DNA of 64,000 bases from Catajapyx aquilonaris. Lineage: Eukaryota. The notes beneath the pieces were generated by a model, which worked only from the letters and a program-made list of their open reading frames with translations, ran no database searches and had not been told where the DNA came from. This document shows positions 28,201 to 42,090 of the stretch, in pieces; position 1 is the stretch's first letter, and the number at the start of each line of letters is the position of its first letter. Both the position numbers and the translations under genes were made by a program. The stretch is taken from NCBI GenBank assembly GCA_000934665.2, contig JYFJ02001401.1:1-64000 (forward strand), written 5' to 3'.

Positions 28201-31200
28201 AAACCTTGGCGATATTTTACCCGGACCAGGGGATCGAATTTCTGTGGAGAGAAGCCCCTCCCCAGTATACGGAAAATGCGGAATTAATTGTGCGGGCTTG
28301 GCCTTAGACAGGGGATCGCGTAACTAATGGGTTCCATTTCTGCAGCTGGAAGAACAGGAAGAAATGGCTCTCTTGTGAAGCAGGGCCCAGACCCCACAAA
28401 GAGCCTCATCAGGTCTGGAGATCAAGGGGGTTGGAGGCTGATGCTGCTGATTTATCGCATGCTATACTTTCATCTTTAGTCGACCGGGCATTATCTCTTT
28501 AAGTGGAGGCAAGCTTTTTGTATTCGTACTGTACATAGGCGTATATGAGCCTGTATATAGTTAACCGTAACGAGGCCATAAATGTGTTGTGTTGTAAATA
28601 AGGCCACTAAAAACTTTGTTAGTTTGAAGCATCAGCCATTAACCGTAGGCTTTTACATGTAATGTGATCAAGCTAATTAGAACCACAAACCATTAGTGTA
28701 GGCGTTTACGTGTAATATTTCCCCCGTTGATTTGAAAACTGGTACAATTTGAGGCCATTCCCTGGCACCTAATTTGATACACGAGTAATTTTGGGCTCTG
28801 ATGTAACAACCATCCAAGTGCTAGCACTACGCTATATCTGTATAATTTCCTAGCCCACAGCTGGCTATGGAATTACAAACCCGTTATAACTCATCAAGTA
28901 TGACCAATGTAGTTTTTTCCTCACACATATTCAAAATCTTGTTACTGTGCTGGATATACTCGTAGTATTGTTGTACTGCGTTGCTAAAGCCAGCACTTCT
29001 GTTTTGATAATTATGCAATTTTTATATGTATGCTTTACGTATTAACATCATTTACACGATGATATTGAACTCTATACGATTTAATATATTTAACTTGAGA
29101 GTGTGCCTCTCATCTGAAAAGTGTGAGCTGTCGTCACCTCCCGGAAACTTTCAGCTGCGAAAAAGTGGCGTCAGGTTGCGAATAATACCCGGAGGCAAGT
29201 GAGCCGCGATTCTTCCACGTCTGATTTGCGAGCAGGTTGAAATATAGCCACGGGCAACCGCCATAAAACAACTGATTATAACAAGCGGCATCCTTTCTCC
29301 TTCCGCCGGTTTGTCTCTTTATAGCTGCAGCTGGCAAACACAAAAAAATGGAGATTAATCGCAGCGAATTTACCTTCTAAGGATGACTGCCGCCAATGCT
29401 AGGCTCACATGAGACGCAAATTAGCACCACCAAACTGGAGTTTGAAACTTTAAAAAAAAAAGTCAGGCGCTTGACATCCACGACTCAATCATCTGACGAC
29501 CCGCAGTCCTTCCATCGATTATCCCATTATTCGCAAATAACTGTATTTAAAGGTGACAGTTACACGTCAGCGTTAGTGGCCCTTTGCCGTTAATGAAAGT
29601 CCCCGTTTCTTTTAATCCCCGGCCATTATTTTTGAATTACGAGTCTGATGTGTGCGCGTTATTGGGTTGAACCATGAGCACATCCAATAATTCCGGTTGT
29701 ATTGTCGGATTATAACCTGCACCATGTGTTTGGATGCATGAGCTCCACATGGTTTGGGAGCTTTCAGGTGTGTTTTTTTGCTTTTTAGCCATTCTGTTGG
29801 AGGGGGTGGCAGAGTTACACATCATTAGTTCTAAGCAGGTGAAGAACGAGACGCAGGAGCCGAGCAGGGTAACACTAGCTCTGAATTATGTATTTGAGCG
29901 GGTTAGGAACATGCGCCAGGGTGATTATCAGCTAATTGATTTCAGGTGTTTTGCATTTGTAATACAGGCTTGCAGTACGCTAAGGAGTGACGCCATGCAA
30001 GTAGTCAGGTGTAGACTCGACGAATAATGCCAACACAAGAACCGGCTGTACCTCTATTGACATGTTGACAGAGGTAAACTCCAATTAACACAAGTTAGGA
30101 TGAGTATCATTCTGGGCAGGTTTGGCGAGGCCAGAATACTGCAAACAAACTTCCAAAACATACCAACATGCTGAGAGAGTCAGCTAATGTAATTAAAATA
30201 TTTGTGTCGAATTCTGATAATTTGCAATACAAGTTTGTGGTGAATAAACCACTGTGTTATCCGAAGCCCTCACGTGCCACAAACGTATGTCAATAGAACT
30301 GCATGCTCAGCCATTATGCTGTGATGAGAAAGCGCCTGCAAGTACTTACCAAATTAATCTTATTTCCAATGAGCAAAAACTGAAAAAGGTTCGGAAATCA
30401 GATTACAAGCTTAAGAGTAATTCTAAGCCGGATTTTGTGCCAAATTATTATGGGCATTATGTCAAGAGGATGTCGAGGCGGAATTCTTGCAGTGCAGTTC
30501 CAATTTTGTTTCTCAGTTGCACGAAGAATAATTCAGGCGTGTATTGTAAATTGATCTGTTTAGGCTAATCGCGGCAGATGCAATCCTGAAGCTCAAATCC
30601 CCGTTATTAGTACAAAATCCGGGTGTTTTCGTGCGCGTACGCCAGGCGAAAATGAAACGTTATAACGGAATTAATAAAACGAGTCTAATCTGCTGGGAAA
30701 TATTTCCATGAGTACAGACGTCGTCAGAGGCCAATTACAAACTCATAAATTTAAGAGGCAAGAGGAGCTTCCGGATAAGAGAAGCGCGAAATGGGGGTAA
30801 TATCGGGGAAAGAAGGTGGGTAATTGGGAAAGAAGCTGAGATGGAGAGGATATTAGATAGCTCAATTAGTGTGTGGAAGGAGTATGGCAGGGTTGGAATT
30901 AGAGGCAGCTCCCTGGTAGATGAAACAGACGAGGTCAAAAGGGGACGTGGACCCTGGCAAAACCGGGGATTAAACCGTGCCCTCCTTTTGGAGGCCTTTC
31001 TCCCGCGAAATTAATGGAAATTTGCTCGTAAGGTGCTTTAGCATGCGTCGCTTTTCTCCGTGCCCGGTTTTCTATAGGCCTCTAAGCGTGATGGATGTCA
31101 TAGGGTGTAAGGTTTCCTCGGGAAGATGCCCACATTTTGAGTTTCCCCCGAAGTGCCGCGTTGCGTACAGGATTCCTGGATGAAGCAGCAGCAACAGCAG

Positions 31201-33808
31201 CAGCGGGGCTCGAGTTCATTACCTGCTCTGGGCTCCCGCACTGCATTCTGGGTCAAGGAATAGCAGCCACTACAGAAAAGCCTTCCGGATTACATGCATC
31301 CTACTTCATTGCTGGAACGTGGAACTTGACACTTGGCTCACATAACGGGGCGAAGTTGCACTGGAACTTGACTGGGAACTGATTAGTTTGCACAGTGGAG
31401 TAGTAATGAATTAACACTGCTGGGCAGTATATAGAACTGTTACGCGAGCCTCTGCAGGACTCTGGGGCCCTGGATTGCAGTATATAGGACTTGAATCAAG
31501 TGCCCCGGTGGAACACGAAAGCCGTATTTCATATCAGAGGCCGTTATGATGGAGTTTATGATAGACTGTAAAAATCATCCGACCTCGTTCGGATAACAGC
31601 CTGGACAAAGAGAGTTAACTGTAACACGGAATGGTACTGAATGTAAATTAAAGACCTGAAATGCAGAACGATCAGCGTCACATTTGACTGGTTTCGAGAT
31701 ATGTCATTTTGAAGATCGTATTGTGAGACAATTATTATTTTCAAACATTACTGTAATTCCTGTGTCAGAAAACTGACGGTAACTAGATAGAACGTGTGAT
31801 GGTTGTGTGATGGGCTGCATTATACTCAATACATAACATCAAAATGTGACTATGATTATTCTGCATTTCAGATGTAGCCTACGACACGACGGCACGTGAA
31901 TGGAAATTCGATAAATGCATGCACCTTATCACTTTTTACTTGGTTATCAGATTACATATCGGAGGCAGTACAGTACTTGTCTGTATACTGTAATTCTGAC
32001 TTTTGTCCCGTCACTTGCGAAACAGCAGAATCTTTTCTGCTATTGTTTGGAACTGTGCTCTTTCAGAAGACTTATAAAGATCGTCACGGTTTATTGCATC
32101 TCAGAATCTTTGGGATTATTACAGATATAGGGAAGGGGAAACGGCTATGACCATTATATTGGAAGGGAACCATCACGGATAATGTTTTGTTCCATTCACT
32201 GTGGCGTATACTTGAGTTCAAGTATTCACATTATACAGCAGGAATGGATAGGATGAAATTATATGAGTGTTTGTGATATATCCTTTTAACATCAGATAAT
32301 TGCTCGCTGTACTGTAAGTGTGGCTGTTATACTGTATGTGTCCTGTATGCCACTGTAGGTGAGAATTTAATGCGACGGCTAGTCTATATGTCTGCTGTAC
32401 GCGAGGAGCTTTGTGACCACAGTAATGTATCCAATTTCACACGGATGTAAGTTCGTTGCGTTATAATGTTACAGCTCATGTTATATGATATGCAGAAATT
32501 CTCACGCCGAAGTGTAAGAGTAGGCTGCTTTGCGGGAAACCTCTGATATTCGATGTTACTCTAATTCACCGTCGATGAATGATTTTTAGACGATTTTGTG
32601 AGAAGGATTTTAAATATCTATCACTCATAGGTCTCGGAATTATTTTCTTTTACTCTTCCCTTCCACTGCCTTTTCTGCATTAAACAAGAGGAAATATGAA
32701 CAGTCTGCATGGATATATAATGTCTTCTATAATATATCATTAATAATTTACTCGTACTTGATGTATGGTGTCATGTTGAGACGTAAACAAGAGCTTTAGT
32801 TTCACGTTTAATATACTGTAGGCCTATACTGTGGGAGGGCTTGGCGTGACTTATAAAAATGACTGTATGAAATAAGCTTTCAACAGATGTGTCTATATCG
32901 TTAGGTTAATACTGCGGGGAACGAAATGAAGCTGAAACCTGAGCTTTATGACGTTTCTAATTTGTTGATGCCTGAACTTTGAGATAAAACTCCACCGTAC
33001 TTGGAGTACTTGTCATTCCAAACCCCTGCGAGTTGAAGACGAAAACAATCCGGAAAGGCTTTTGTAAACTGATTCCCAAGCTGGGAGCAGACTCGTTAAG
33101 AATATCATTTCACTGGAGGAAAAGGAATTGTTGATCATAAATGAAAGATGATCTTTTCGCTTTTCTTGTCCCTCTTTGCTGTCCTCCTCCTCCTCCACCT
33201 TCTTCCTCCCACTCGATCTCTTTGATGCAAAGTGGGCCGCAAATTAGGAACTGTGCAAGAAATCTTTTTCCTCTCTCCGGAAGAAGTTTAAAGTCCCGCA
33301 GGAGGGCGACGGGAAGAGGAATCTGACGCAATTCCTGCAAATGGCGTCTCCAATGTAGGCCTACTTTTCCACTTCTGCCATCTTTTACCCCTGGGGATCG
33401 GTCTCTCAAAGGACTTTTCTGCTCAGGACGCTTACCTAAGTTGAGAGAGAGAGAGCTCCCTGTAACTGTGTTTAGGGAGGGCTTGCAGCGGGGACCGTGG
33501 AATTAGAAGCAGTCGGGAGGAAGAGGCTAATGGTCGCCATTTTAGCCTAATCATACCGCAGGTGGTGAGGGGGCTAAGAGGGGAAAGACCCCAACTGGTT
33601 GTGTTATCATTCAGATGGGCGCGGAATATCTTAGTAGCTTCAGCCGTGCAGGATGACTACGGGATGCCAGGGGTTATGCAATTACTCTTTACTTTACGAA
33701 CTTCCGGGAGACTCGCATCCGTAACGCCATGAAAGGGTGATCAAAGCTCAGCCTCTGAAAGAAGACGAGGGGGAAAAAAATGCCAATGCGGTACCAATCG
33801 ATCTTGTC

Positions 33809-33828
33809 CAACAACAACAACAACAACA
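33809..33828 (+). repeat. (CAA)n microsatellite
   Basis: 6-7 perfect units. Confidence 0.9.
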
Positions 33829-36800
33829 GAGTCAACCCTCAAAAAAAGGAGTATTACCTCCATGAATCTATGTCGAGGCGACACATTTCTCATTAGTGAC
33901 AAATAAGTTCCTTTCCTATCATCAGCCAATATGGCACAGAAATATGTCGGATAAGTCACACTGAGAAAAAGGGCGGATTTCAATGCTCTCAGATTTTTTG
34001 AGATTAGTCGTAACCCCGTTAGTCAAGACCTGACTTTTTTTTTTCTTTTTGCCGTCTCCCAATTCCGGCATTCAATAACGATTGGCGCAACGAACCGAAC
34101 TGTTCCCTAATTGAGAATAAACTTCGGGAGTCCCAAAATTGGAAAAGTTTTTGCATGGTCTATTGTTCGGGAGGGGAGTGGTGATAGATATGCGTTCCTT
34201 TCAGACCAATATAAAGTGGCGGCTGATGTTATGAGCAGTGGCCGGATAATTCTCCCAGCCCTCATCTACCTCCACCCCCTTTCCCCCCCGAAATTAAAAC
34301 ATCTGGAGTTGTGGATATCTGAAACCTTCCTTCCTCACAGCGCCATACTGATAAAACCTTTCGAACTTTTAATTTATTTTCATTCCCTCTATTCCACGTA
34401 GATTGATTTTTCTCGTCTGGCTATAAATTGGACCTGAACCGGACTTTTATTGCTTTCCAGGGGGACCCAGAGAAAAAAAAGTGGAAAATGTGTACCCTAG
34501 TGATGGTTATAGAATGGATGTGCAGTAACTGAGATAAGCCGGGTGTGAATTGTGCCCTGTGCGTTGCATTAAATCGGAATTAGCGTTGCGCAGATATCCC
34601 GTGGACCTGTCAGGAGCGATATTTAGTTCGGAAGGAATGAGCTTGCTGCTAATGACGCCCTATTATTACTTACCCATCATGTACTAATGAGTTAAGGAGG
34701 CTCATTTTAAATTTTAACTGTGATTACCCGTCATTTTTAACACTTTGTTTACGTGCAGTCAGTCTCCGATTTCTTGGTGAGACTTATAATTTAAAGTTCA
34801 TTCATAATTTCTGATTCTATTCAATATGTAAGTGCAAGTGTGCTGGTGAAATGTCACTTACGTTGGACTGCATGGATTAATATTCACTTACGGTTATTAA
34901 ATTACTAGCAGATATGGAGTGCAGTTCGGTAAAGGGAGAGCACAACATAAATGTTTATCCTAACACGGCAGGGCCACCCTTGTGGCTCTCTTGTTCGCAG
35001 GGAAGCCTGACATCCAGGATGAACATGCAGTACAGGTATTATCTAAAAAATTCTGTGCCAATATTTCTGAATTGCACCAGGGTAACTGTTAGTGTTTCAT
35101 ATAAGCATTGCTAGAACGCACTGTGCATTTTATAAAAAGGAAAATGATCCGGTATTCGGTTCTCAGATGTTGATTTTGCTCTCTCCACTTTTTGTATAGC
35201 CCGAGCTTTTTCTCGTTTTTCTCTTTTTTGCTGCAGCCGGTATGGAAAACAGGCTACATTTTGCGCATTTTCAATATTTCATCTTTGTTAACCGCGTTGA
35301 CAGGGTGTTTGTTGCCAGCTGTTTTCAGAGGCAGCTTTAGCGACTGTGAGTAATATTCGTTCCACCCGAAGGTATAGTAAATATTTATAGTCCCAGCTGC
35401 CAACACTGCGTGTGGTTACATGAACTGTTTGGGTATTAATTATGCACACTTACGCGCTCTTTGGGCTGTGCAGGACTCATTTTGCACATTGTGCTTCCGT
35501 TCAAAAAAAAAAAAAAATGTAATATGCAGTAGACCGATACGCTTGACTTTTGTGAGGCAAAAAGAGTGGGGGAACATACTCAGCGAATTGTACCGAGGAA
35601 ATGGCTCGAAGCCACATGAACTAATATATTGTGTGCGTCAGGTTGTTCATTTGCCAGAGCGGATATGCTAAATTTGGATAACTCCATCTCTCATTCCATT
35701 CCATTCACCTGAAAAAATTGGGCACGAAATACTGATTACTGCAGGCTATCACTGAGGTATCGAGTGCGAGGTAGGTTCATGAGGACAGTACTATAACATA
35801 CTATAGGACAAATTACCGGGAACATTAATTTAACCAATTATACCCTTCCAATGTTACTGCAGTGCAGATCGATCATTGGACAAAAAAATATGACATTTGA
35901 CACTTACAAAGTTTGCAAAGGATAAAGGCAAAGTCTCAACACATCTTTCTGTGTACTTCTGCATTTTGCAAGCTCACCTAGAGTTTCAGGTTTCGAAATG
36001 CATCTGGAGGTAGTGGTGTTGGTTTCTGCGGTTATTCCTGCGAGGGACTAGTTAAGGATGAAAATTTAGAGCGTTACATCCGCCTAATTTCGCATCGCCG
36101 GCACCTGGAACTGGAAGCAGCCAAGAGTAAAATTTCTCGGCGGGGGGTTAACATGGGACTGCAATTAACCGTGTTGATTTTGGCTGCCGGAGGAAAGCAC
36201 ATATATTTCCAAGGGGGGTTAAGTTTGTTGACTTCTCTAATGTTGTAATAGAGCACCCTGGTGCGTATCGGACGATATTAGTTCGGGGATATGCCGTGAT
36301 GACATTACGCGAACCTCGTCAGGTTTATTTGAGATCCGTAAAGTAGCTTTTACCTATTTTTTTGACAGATAAATGAAAACATAATGTATGGGAAGAAACA
36401 CCAATTGCAACTATACCCATTTCATTTCCACCAACTGTTGTGTATATTGTAGTAGTTTTTTTTCTTGCCTCTCCTTGAGAGGACCCAGTAACGATGCTGT
36501 TGACATCGATCCGAGTCTTTTGTCCCGCATTGTCCAATTTTTTGGGGGATTGCCTAGGTGCCGAGTCCATTAGTTTCCCCCCTGGGAAAAAGGTGAAGAA
36601 TGGCAGTGGCCTAATGCAGTGCAGCCCTCAAACTCCATGACTGGGCATGAGGTTCCTCCAATTGTCCGGATGCCGCTTCCCCCCAGCAGAGTTTGAATTC
36701 TGTTTGGATTGTCCCGGCAACGGACGTGCCCAAGCAACTCTTACTTGTCGCTCCAGCTCTTTTGTCCCTTTCCATTCCCGGGCCTTAGATATATTAACCC

Positions 36801-38929
36801 TGACAAGGCGTCTTTCGCAGCCTGTCCTGCACTGCCCAGCACTATTCAGAATCAAGATGGTCAGTCCCTGCGAGAGTTTGAATGTATAGTGGAAGTTTTA
36901 AGCCTGGTTTTATGCCCGGCTATTGATCCGCAAGCCCTGTACACACTGGCATGGATGTCAGGTCTATGGAAACTGCACTTTTTTGCGTTGGCGATTAATC
37001 AGAACACTTTGATACAGGTTTCCCGTTTACAGGCCTGACAGACAGGGACATAGGCCCGGCTTTGATGAATGCGCAACGAATTGTTTGATACCATATCATC
37101 CTCCCTCAGTGGGATTTTGGGTCTGCGCGATGCATGCCGTAATCCTTTTGCTTATAAATTATGCTCACCAGTGATGTAGCGCTTCTGGCATTTATTTTGG
37201 CTTCTTGGGGATACGCCAGATGTATAGGAAAACTTGGTTTCTGTGTAGTTCCGGTCTAGGTTTATACAGTTTCAGGCTAGTCGGCTTTGGATTAACTAAC
37301 CTGGGAACGGTAAAATTGGATCCAATTAGCTCATGTCATTGCTAACAAATGGTAATGCCTATAGGTCTACACCGTCACTGAATTTTGCTTTAAGGTGTGG
37401 GCAAACGGCCATGAAAGATCAGGAAACTTGAATACATATGCTGCTTACGAAAGGCTTGCCATGCCGTTCAGAATATAGACTACTGTAGTACTATGATATA
37501 TGCTACTTCAAAAGGCATTTATCACTGTAACTAGATTTGCCTGCCTGGTGACATTTGTACGTATAATAATCCCCAGGTGCCCAGGAACTCACTGTGGGAG
37601 ATTCCTGGAATCCATGCCGAATATCCTGTTTCACATCAAAGCGAATTTGAAAGAGAGCCAGAACATCTGTCAGAAAACGTTGCCTTTCCAGCGCCACGAG
37701 TTTGACTTTGTGCTGTGCATCAACACGCTATTACCATCCCTTTTATGAATCTTACATCACGTTAAATTTGTTCATTTTGAGAGGGAAGGTGTACAGTATC
37801 AGCTCAGTTTTGATCAAAGAGTCTGACTTCTCAATTATTTTACGAAGCTGCTCCACCAGGGAGGCCTTGCATTGAGGCAAAAAAATAGAGAGAGAGTAGA
37901 TATGACACTGACATGTTGAATCTAGCCCTCAGGTATTTATAGCATTGTACGTATAGGAGAAAGTTACTGTATCATGAGATACTTGGTAGGCCTTTGTACG
38001 TAGATTATTAAGTTTATGCATTTATTAAGTTGAGAAGATTTTGAACCCATATCATCTTCACTCTGATATCACCTGAGGACTGCTGCCAACACATCTAAAC
38101 AGTCTGCCTCATAGTGACAGCCCGATCTTGATGGTAAACTTCTTCAGCGGTTAGCCCTGGTTAGCCCACTCAAACTTTTTTACCTCCAGCCAACCCTCGG
38201 AAGAAAACGAATGATATTGCGAGTAAATGTGTGCAACCATGGTAGGTCTGGCCTAGTTGGCTGGGGGGCTCCATGTTTATTCCTATTAGTGGACGGGAAG
38301 AAGTTTTGGTGGTTAGATCCAGTGGGCTTCTGGGGCAAATCTCTGGGGAGACCTGAGTGAAGTCGTGCGGGCTGGCAAGGGATATTTGTGAGATGGGCCG
38401 AGGAAAGGGATTCTTGCCTGCTATTTGCCGCCGGAGTTCTGCCTTGATGAAGTGCAGGGGAATGGAGGAGGGGGGTGGTTGGGTTGGCAGAGGGGGAGGG
38501 GTTCCCTTGCAGAAATTCCTACGGCGGAAGTAATTCGGCGGAGGGTTTTGTGCGGCTTGCATCCTTCCATCTGCTTGTTTCCGCCGCCTTGAAATTGAGG
38601 AGATAGACAAGAGGTGTAGAAACGCACGACTCCGCTTTTCTGATGCAGGAATGTAACGACGAGTGTTACGGAGCATCCAGGCGTAATATCCCACTCTCAC
38701 TCTCTGAAATGTGCCGCATACGCCTCACTTACTTTATTGTCCTCGGAATTTGCTGCTAAAAAGAGAGATGGGGAAGGGTTCAATAATCCGGATGTTCCTG
38801 GCATAGTCACCTGCATCTTCTCAAAAAAAAAAAAAAAAAAACCCTGGGGAGTGACTTTAAGGTCCATTTTGCGCCAGATTCTCGAGTTGGCGCCAACCTG
38901 GCAGAGAGAGAATGCGCGGGAGTGTTCCG

Positions 38930-38960
38930 GGATCCGGGCTCAGTTTTGGCTCAGTAGGCC
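38930..38960 (+). promoter_or_regulatory. Possible initiator elements upstream of the 39267 exon
   Basis: Tandem GGCTCAGT motifs, including TCAGTT (arthropod-type Inr) at 38940, about 330 nt upstream of the ATG. Confidence 0.25.
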
Positions 38961-39266
38961 TCCGGGAAGGGAGTCCGGGTGCGGATCTCCCGGAGATTGT
39001 CATCTCTATAGAGCCACCACCCTCTGGTTGTTGTCACAGTGGATGCGGTTCCCTCATTGTGGGGGACTAATTTGATTTTTATGTGGACGTCCTGTTCCGA
39101 GTGCGCTTTGTTTGTGTGAGTGGAAATGTTGCGGGAAGTATAGTCCGTTGTGGGTAGTAGCACCTAGCGAATACAATGTTGTGAACAGGTGTTGTGTTTT
39201 TGGTGTGTGCGTGAAACATTTCGACCGTGAGGTCACCGCAGTGACCCTCTCGGGAAAGTGCGGGCC

Positions 39267-39617
39267 ATGGACCCAGAACCCCCTACCTCTCCCGAGTCAC
39301 CGGTGACCCCCCAGCCTTCTTCTCTAGCCCATTTGAATGGTTTTGCGACAGCCCCTGGATTCTTTTTTGGCAAGCAAGTAGGAGACTGTAACCCTGCGGC
39401 CACCAGAGCCGCAGCAACGGCCGCGGCGGCCGCGGTGGTGGCCGAGGCTCTTTCGGTGGACAAGAAGAATAATTGCTTGGACCCCCGGAGACAGCTGGTT
39501 GTGACCCGGAGTTTGGGTTCAATCCGGAAGAACCGGCACCTGTGCGGAAGCTTCTCATTGGCTGGAGACACCATGGAAGGCATAATCCAGTGCCTGGTGT
39601 TCCTAAAGGCCTTTTCG
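39267..39617 (+). CDS. Probable first (or alternative first) coding exon of a large + strand gene; 117 codons, MDPEPPTSPESPVTPQPSSLAHLNGF...AAATAAAAAVVAEAL...MEGIIQCLVFLKAFS; product unidentified
   Basis: GC-rich open frame starting at GGGCCATGG (ATG 39267), with a second in-frame ACACCATGG (ATG 39573). Pro/Ser-rich and poly-Ala composition is typical of regulatory-protein N-termini. It ends at a codon boundary in TCG|GTATGT (donor GT at 39618). I saw no strong acceptor just upstream. Confidence 0.7.
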
Positions 39618-41786
39618 GTATGTGTTTGAAAGGGGGGGCATTAAAATTGCAGATGGAAAGGGTCGGAGGGGGGAAAGGGGTGGTGTGGGTTCTTTTTTTT
39701 ATTCGGTCGGAGTGCCCCCTCCCTATCCTCCCCTTCTGTGTGAAAATCGATATATCTCACTTCAGGGCTCGGGGAAGATGTTCCGAGGAAAAATGGGGAC
39801 GGTGGCCCATTAGATTTAGTAGGGCGAACGTGAGGGTGAAGCGTAGACATGTTCATTCTTTTTAGTCGGTGCATCCCATCATGTATAGCACAAATGGGCA
39901 ACACTGTGCTTTTCCTACCCAATCAAGCTTACCCACACCAACTCATCCGTAATTGCTACTGGGCAAAGGCTGTCACGTTCACTCCCAGTGCTGCCAAATG
40001 GTGCGTGGTTATTTCTCGCGGTTAAAATATTGTTTCCCGAAGCGGCATTGTTGTCGTTATGGTACACTGAGTGTGAAAAGTCTCGCATCGGGCCGGGCTT
40101 GTGCATCGGACGTCTTCTATTATCCGGCTGGATGGAAGATGGCTGTAGTGGGGAAAGTAGTTGGAAACCGGCCGCAGTTTCTGGTTCAATCAGGCCCCGC
40201 CGGAGAAGTTGTCGTGGACAGGGGCTGTGGAAAAGAAAGGGGAAAAAAGGGGGAAAAAAATCCATCCCGCTGATTTACTGGGTCTTGGTTTCAGTGGAGT
40301 AGAGCTACGGGCTTCTCTCTTTTGACGGCCTCCACACCACATAAATAAAGCTGTGGTTTTGCTCCGGTTTACTGTCCGTCTTAAAACCGCACGACTCACC
40401 CAATTATACGGCCTAATAGGAAGGGGTGCATCTGCGGCGAACAAGTTGAGAGGAAGATAATCAATATAGAAAAAAAAGTGCCTCAAGGCGGCTCCATTCC
40501 CACGTTCAACTACCAAACTTCGTTGGCAGTTATAAACCGACTTGGATGGTCGCTCGTGTTTATAATTGCGACATAGCCGGAGATCTTTTCAAAAGTTTGG
40601 GCCTAACTGCCTCGCCCCGAAAATTCTTGCCCAAGTTATTTTCCCTTCTTGCTTGCGGGGCGGAACTTGAATTTGTCCTTCTCTGGTAATCAATCCGAAG
40701 CTTCACGAGTAATTAAACCTAGCACTCCGGCACTCGGCAGAAGGACAGGGTTCTCCGATATCCGCGTGTTTCGGAATGAGTTACTGGGAAGCAAAACCAG
40801 ATACCAAATCTCAACTGAGCCTAATTATAGCCGCGGTTTCTCCAGAGTGGGGAGGGGGGGTATATCACTTGTGCGGAATTTCGTCGGATCATGGCTCAAA
40901 ATATACTGCAATTTTGGTCCTGGTTGGAGGCATATCCGTCTCCTCATTTTCATCAAGGGAGCACCCACGATAACAGGAAATGAGTGGGTTTCATTGAGGA
41001 CGGAGGGGACGACATGAAAGTATAATCATATCGTCAAGCCTGAAAATTTGACGCTGCTGTATAAGAGAGGCGCAATTACAAAAGGATTCATCTTCCCGGT
41101 TCGATAGGATGCGAAAACTGGGTTCTCTCTCACCACCCCGTTGCCATGGAAATATTTATCTGTAATCTATATGCGTCAGGTTTGCAGCAGGCCGGATTTT
41201 GTGGGATAATGTGTACGTCAATGGAACAAAACTGCCGCCACATATTTTCCGACGTGTCTGTTATCCATGTAGTACAGCTATATATAGGGAAAGATAATAT
41301 CCTGAAAGGTAGGCGGCGTGATAAGCGAGCCTGTTACCATATCCTGTTGGGATAATCGGAGTACATTGCTTTCATCTATACATCTGACCTTATTTTTATG
41401 CACAGTGTGATGTTTATTATCGTCCTATGTGGCAGTTTATATGATTAAACAACTTCATTGATAAAAGTGGACATGAGCAGAATATTGGATAAGTTATTGA
41501 TTTGAATTTGCGCTAGTACACTGTTATTATGTAGCTCGAACTAGTAAACAGTGCATTAATTAGCATCCTGAATATGCAGAGTGTAAACAACTTACTGCAT
41601 AGTTTGTCTAGTTAGAGCTGGTTCAGTGCACCTAGTAACTGCATAATAAAATAACAATTTTGGGTCATTAATACTTTAATCCAGGTTGAACAGTTTGTCT
41701 TTGGAATATTTGACATGCCTTTAATATTGCGAATTTATGCCAATAAGAATGATTGGGTCCAAGTTTATTATTCTGTACCCATAGAA

Positions 41787-41953
41787 GGGTGACTTGGGGC
41801 CGGTTTCACCGAGCTTGGTATATGATAAAACCAGGTTTCTTTAGGAAAATCCATACAAATAGATAGGGATTTTGAGAAATACCCTGGTTTTATCATATAC
41901 TGAGCTCGGTGAAATCGGCCCTTGGTGGTGCAGTGGTTAACGCTACAGCCTTC
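41787..41953 (+). mobile_element. Possible tRNA-derived SINE 5' end interrupted by the 41797-41921 MITE
   Basis: Removing the MITE and one TTG gives GGGTGACTTGGTGGTGCAGTGGTTAACGCTACAGCCTT, which has an A-box (TGGTGCAGTGG) and a D-arm-like context. No clear B box. Confidence 0.35.
41797..41921. mobile_element. 125-bp MITE, PIF/Harbinger-like
   Basis: 39-bp terminal inverted repeats GGGCCGGTTTCACCGAGCTTGGTATATGATAAAACCAGG / CCTGGTTTTATCATATACTGAGCTCGGTGAAATCGGCCC (36/39 match). TTG on both flanks is a 3-bp target-site duplication. GGGCC termini and a 3-bp TSD suggest Harbinger. Confidence 0.85.
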
Positions 41954-42090
41954 AAGATATGCCAAAAAGGGTATAGTCTCGACATGCATTGTGCAACTTG
42001 TACTGACACTTGTTAACTACTGCCCTTGTTTTGTTTTGATGATGCTTCTGCGTAGCACAAGTTAGCCTACACATGTATATCTTAATTTGT

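Noticed and set aside
28637..28717. Two degenerate ~28-bp direct repeats (CCATTA..GTAGGC.TTTAC.TGTAAT); a similar pair lies at 31424-31490
   Set aside because: Only two copies each; old local duplications, not CRISPR or an array.
32278..32295. ATATCCTTTT (U12-type donor-like), and GTATCCTT at ~3950
   Set aside because: No associated exon or matching U12 acceptor; expected by chance.
33430..33457. Minus-strand (CT)n-CAACTTAG|GTAAGC, resembling a ratchet point
   Set aside because: The tract is a GA microsatellite, several AGs lie just upstream, there is no good branch point, and it is antisense to the other signals.
39573..39617. MEGII resembles the MDGIV start of vertebrate PTBP proteins; AHLNGF (upstream in the same exon) resembles a CELF4 N-terminal stretch
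   Set aside because: Matches are too short to assign a gene; no symbol given.
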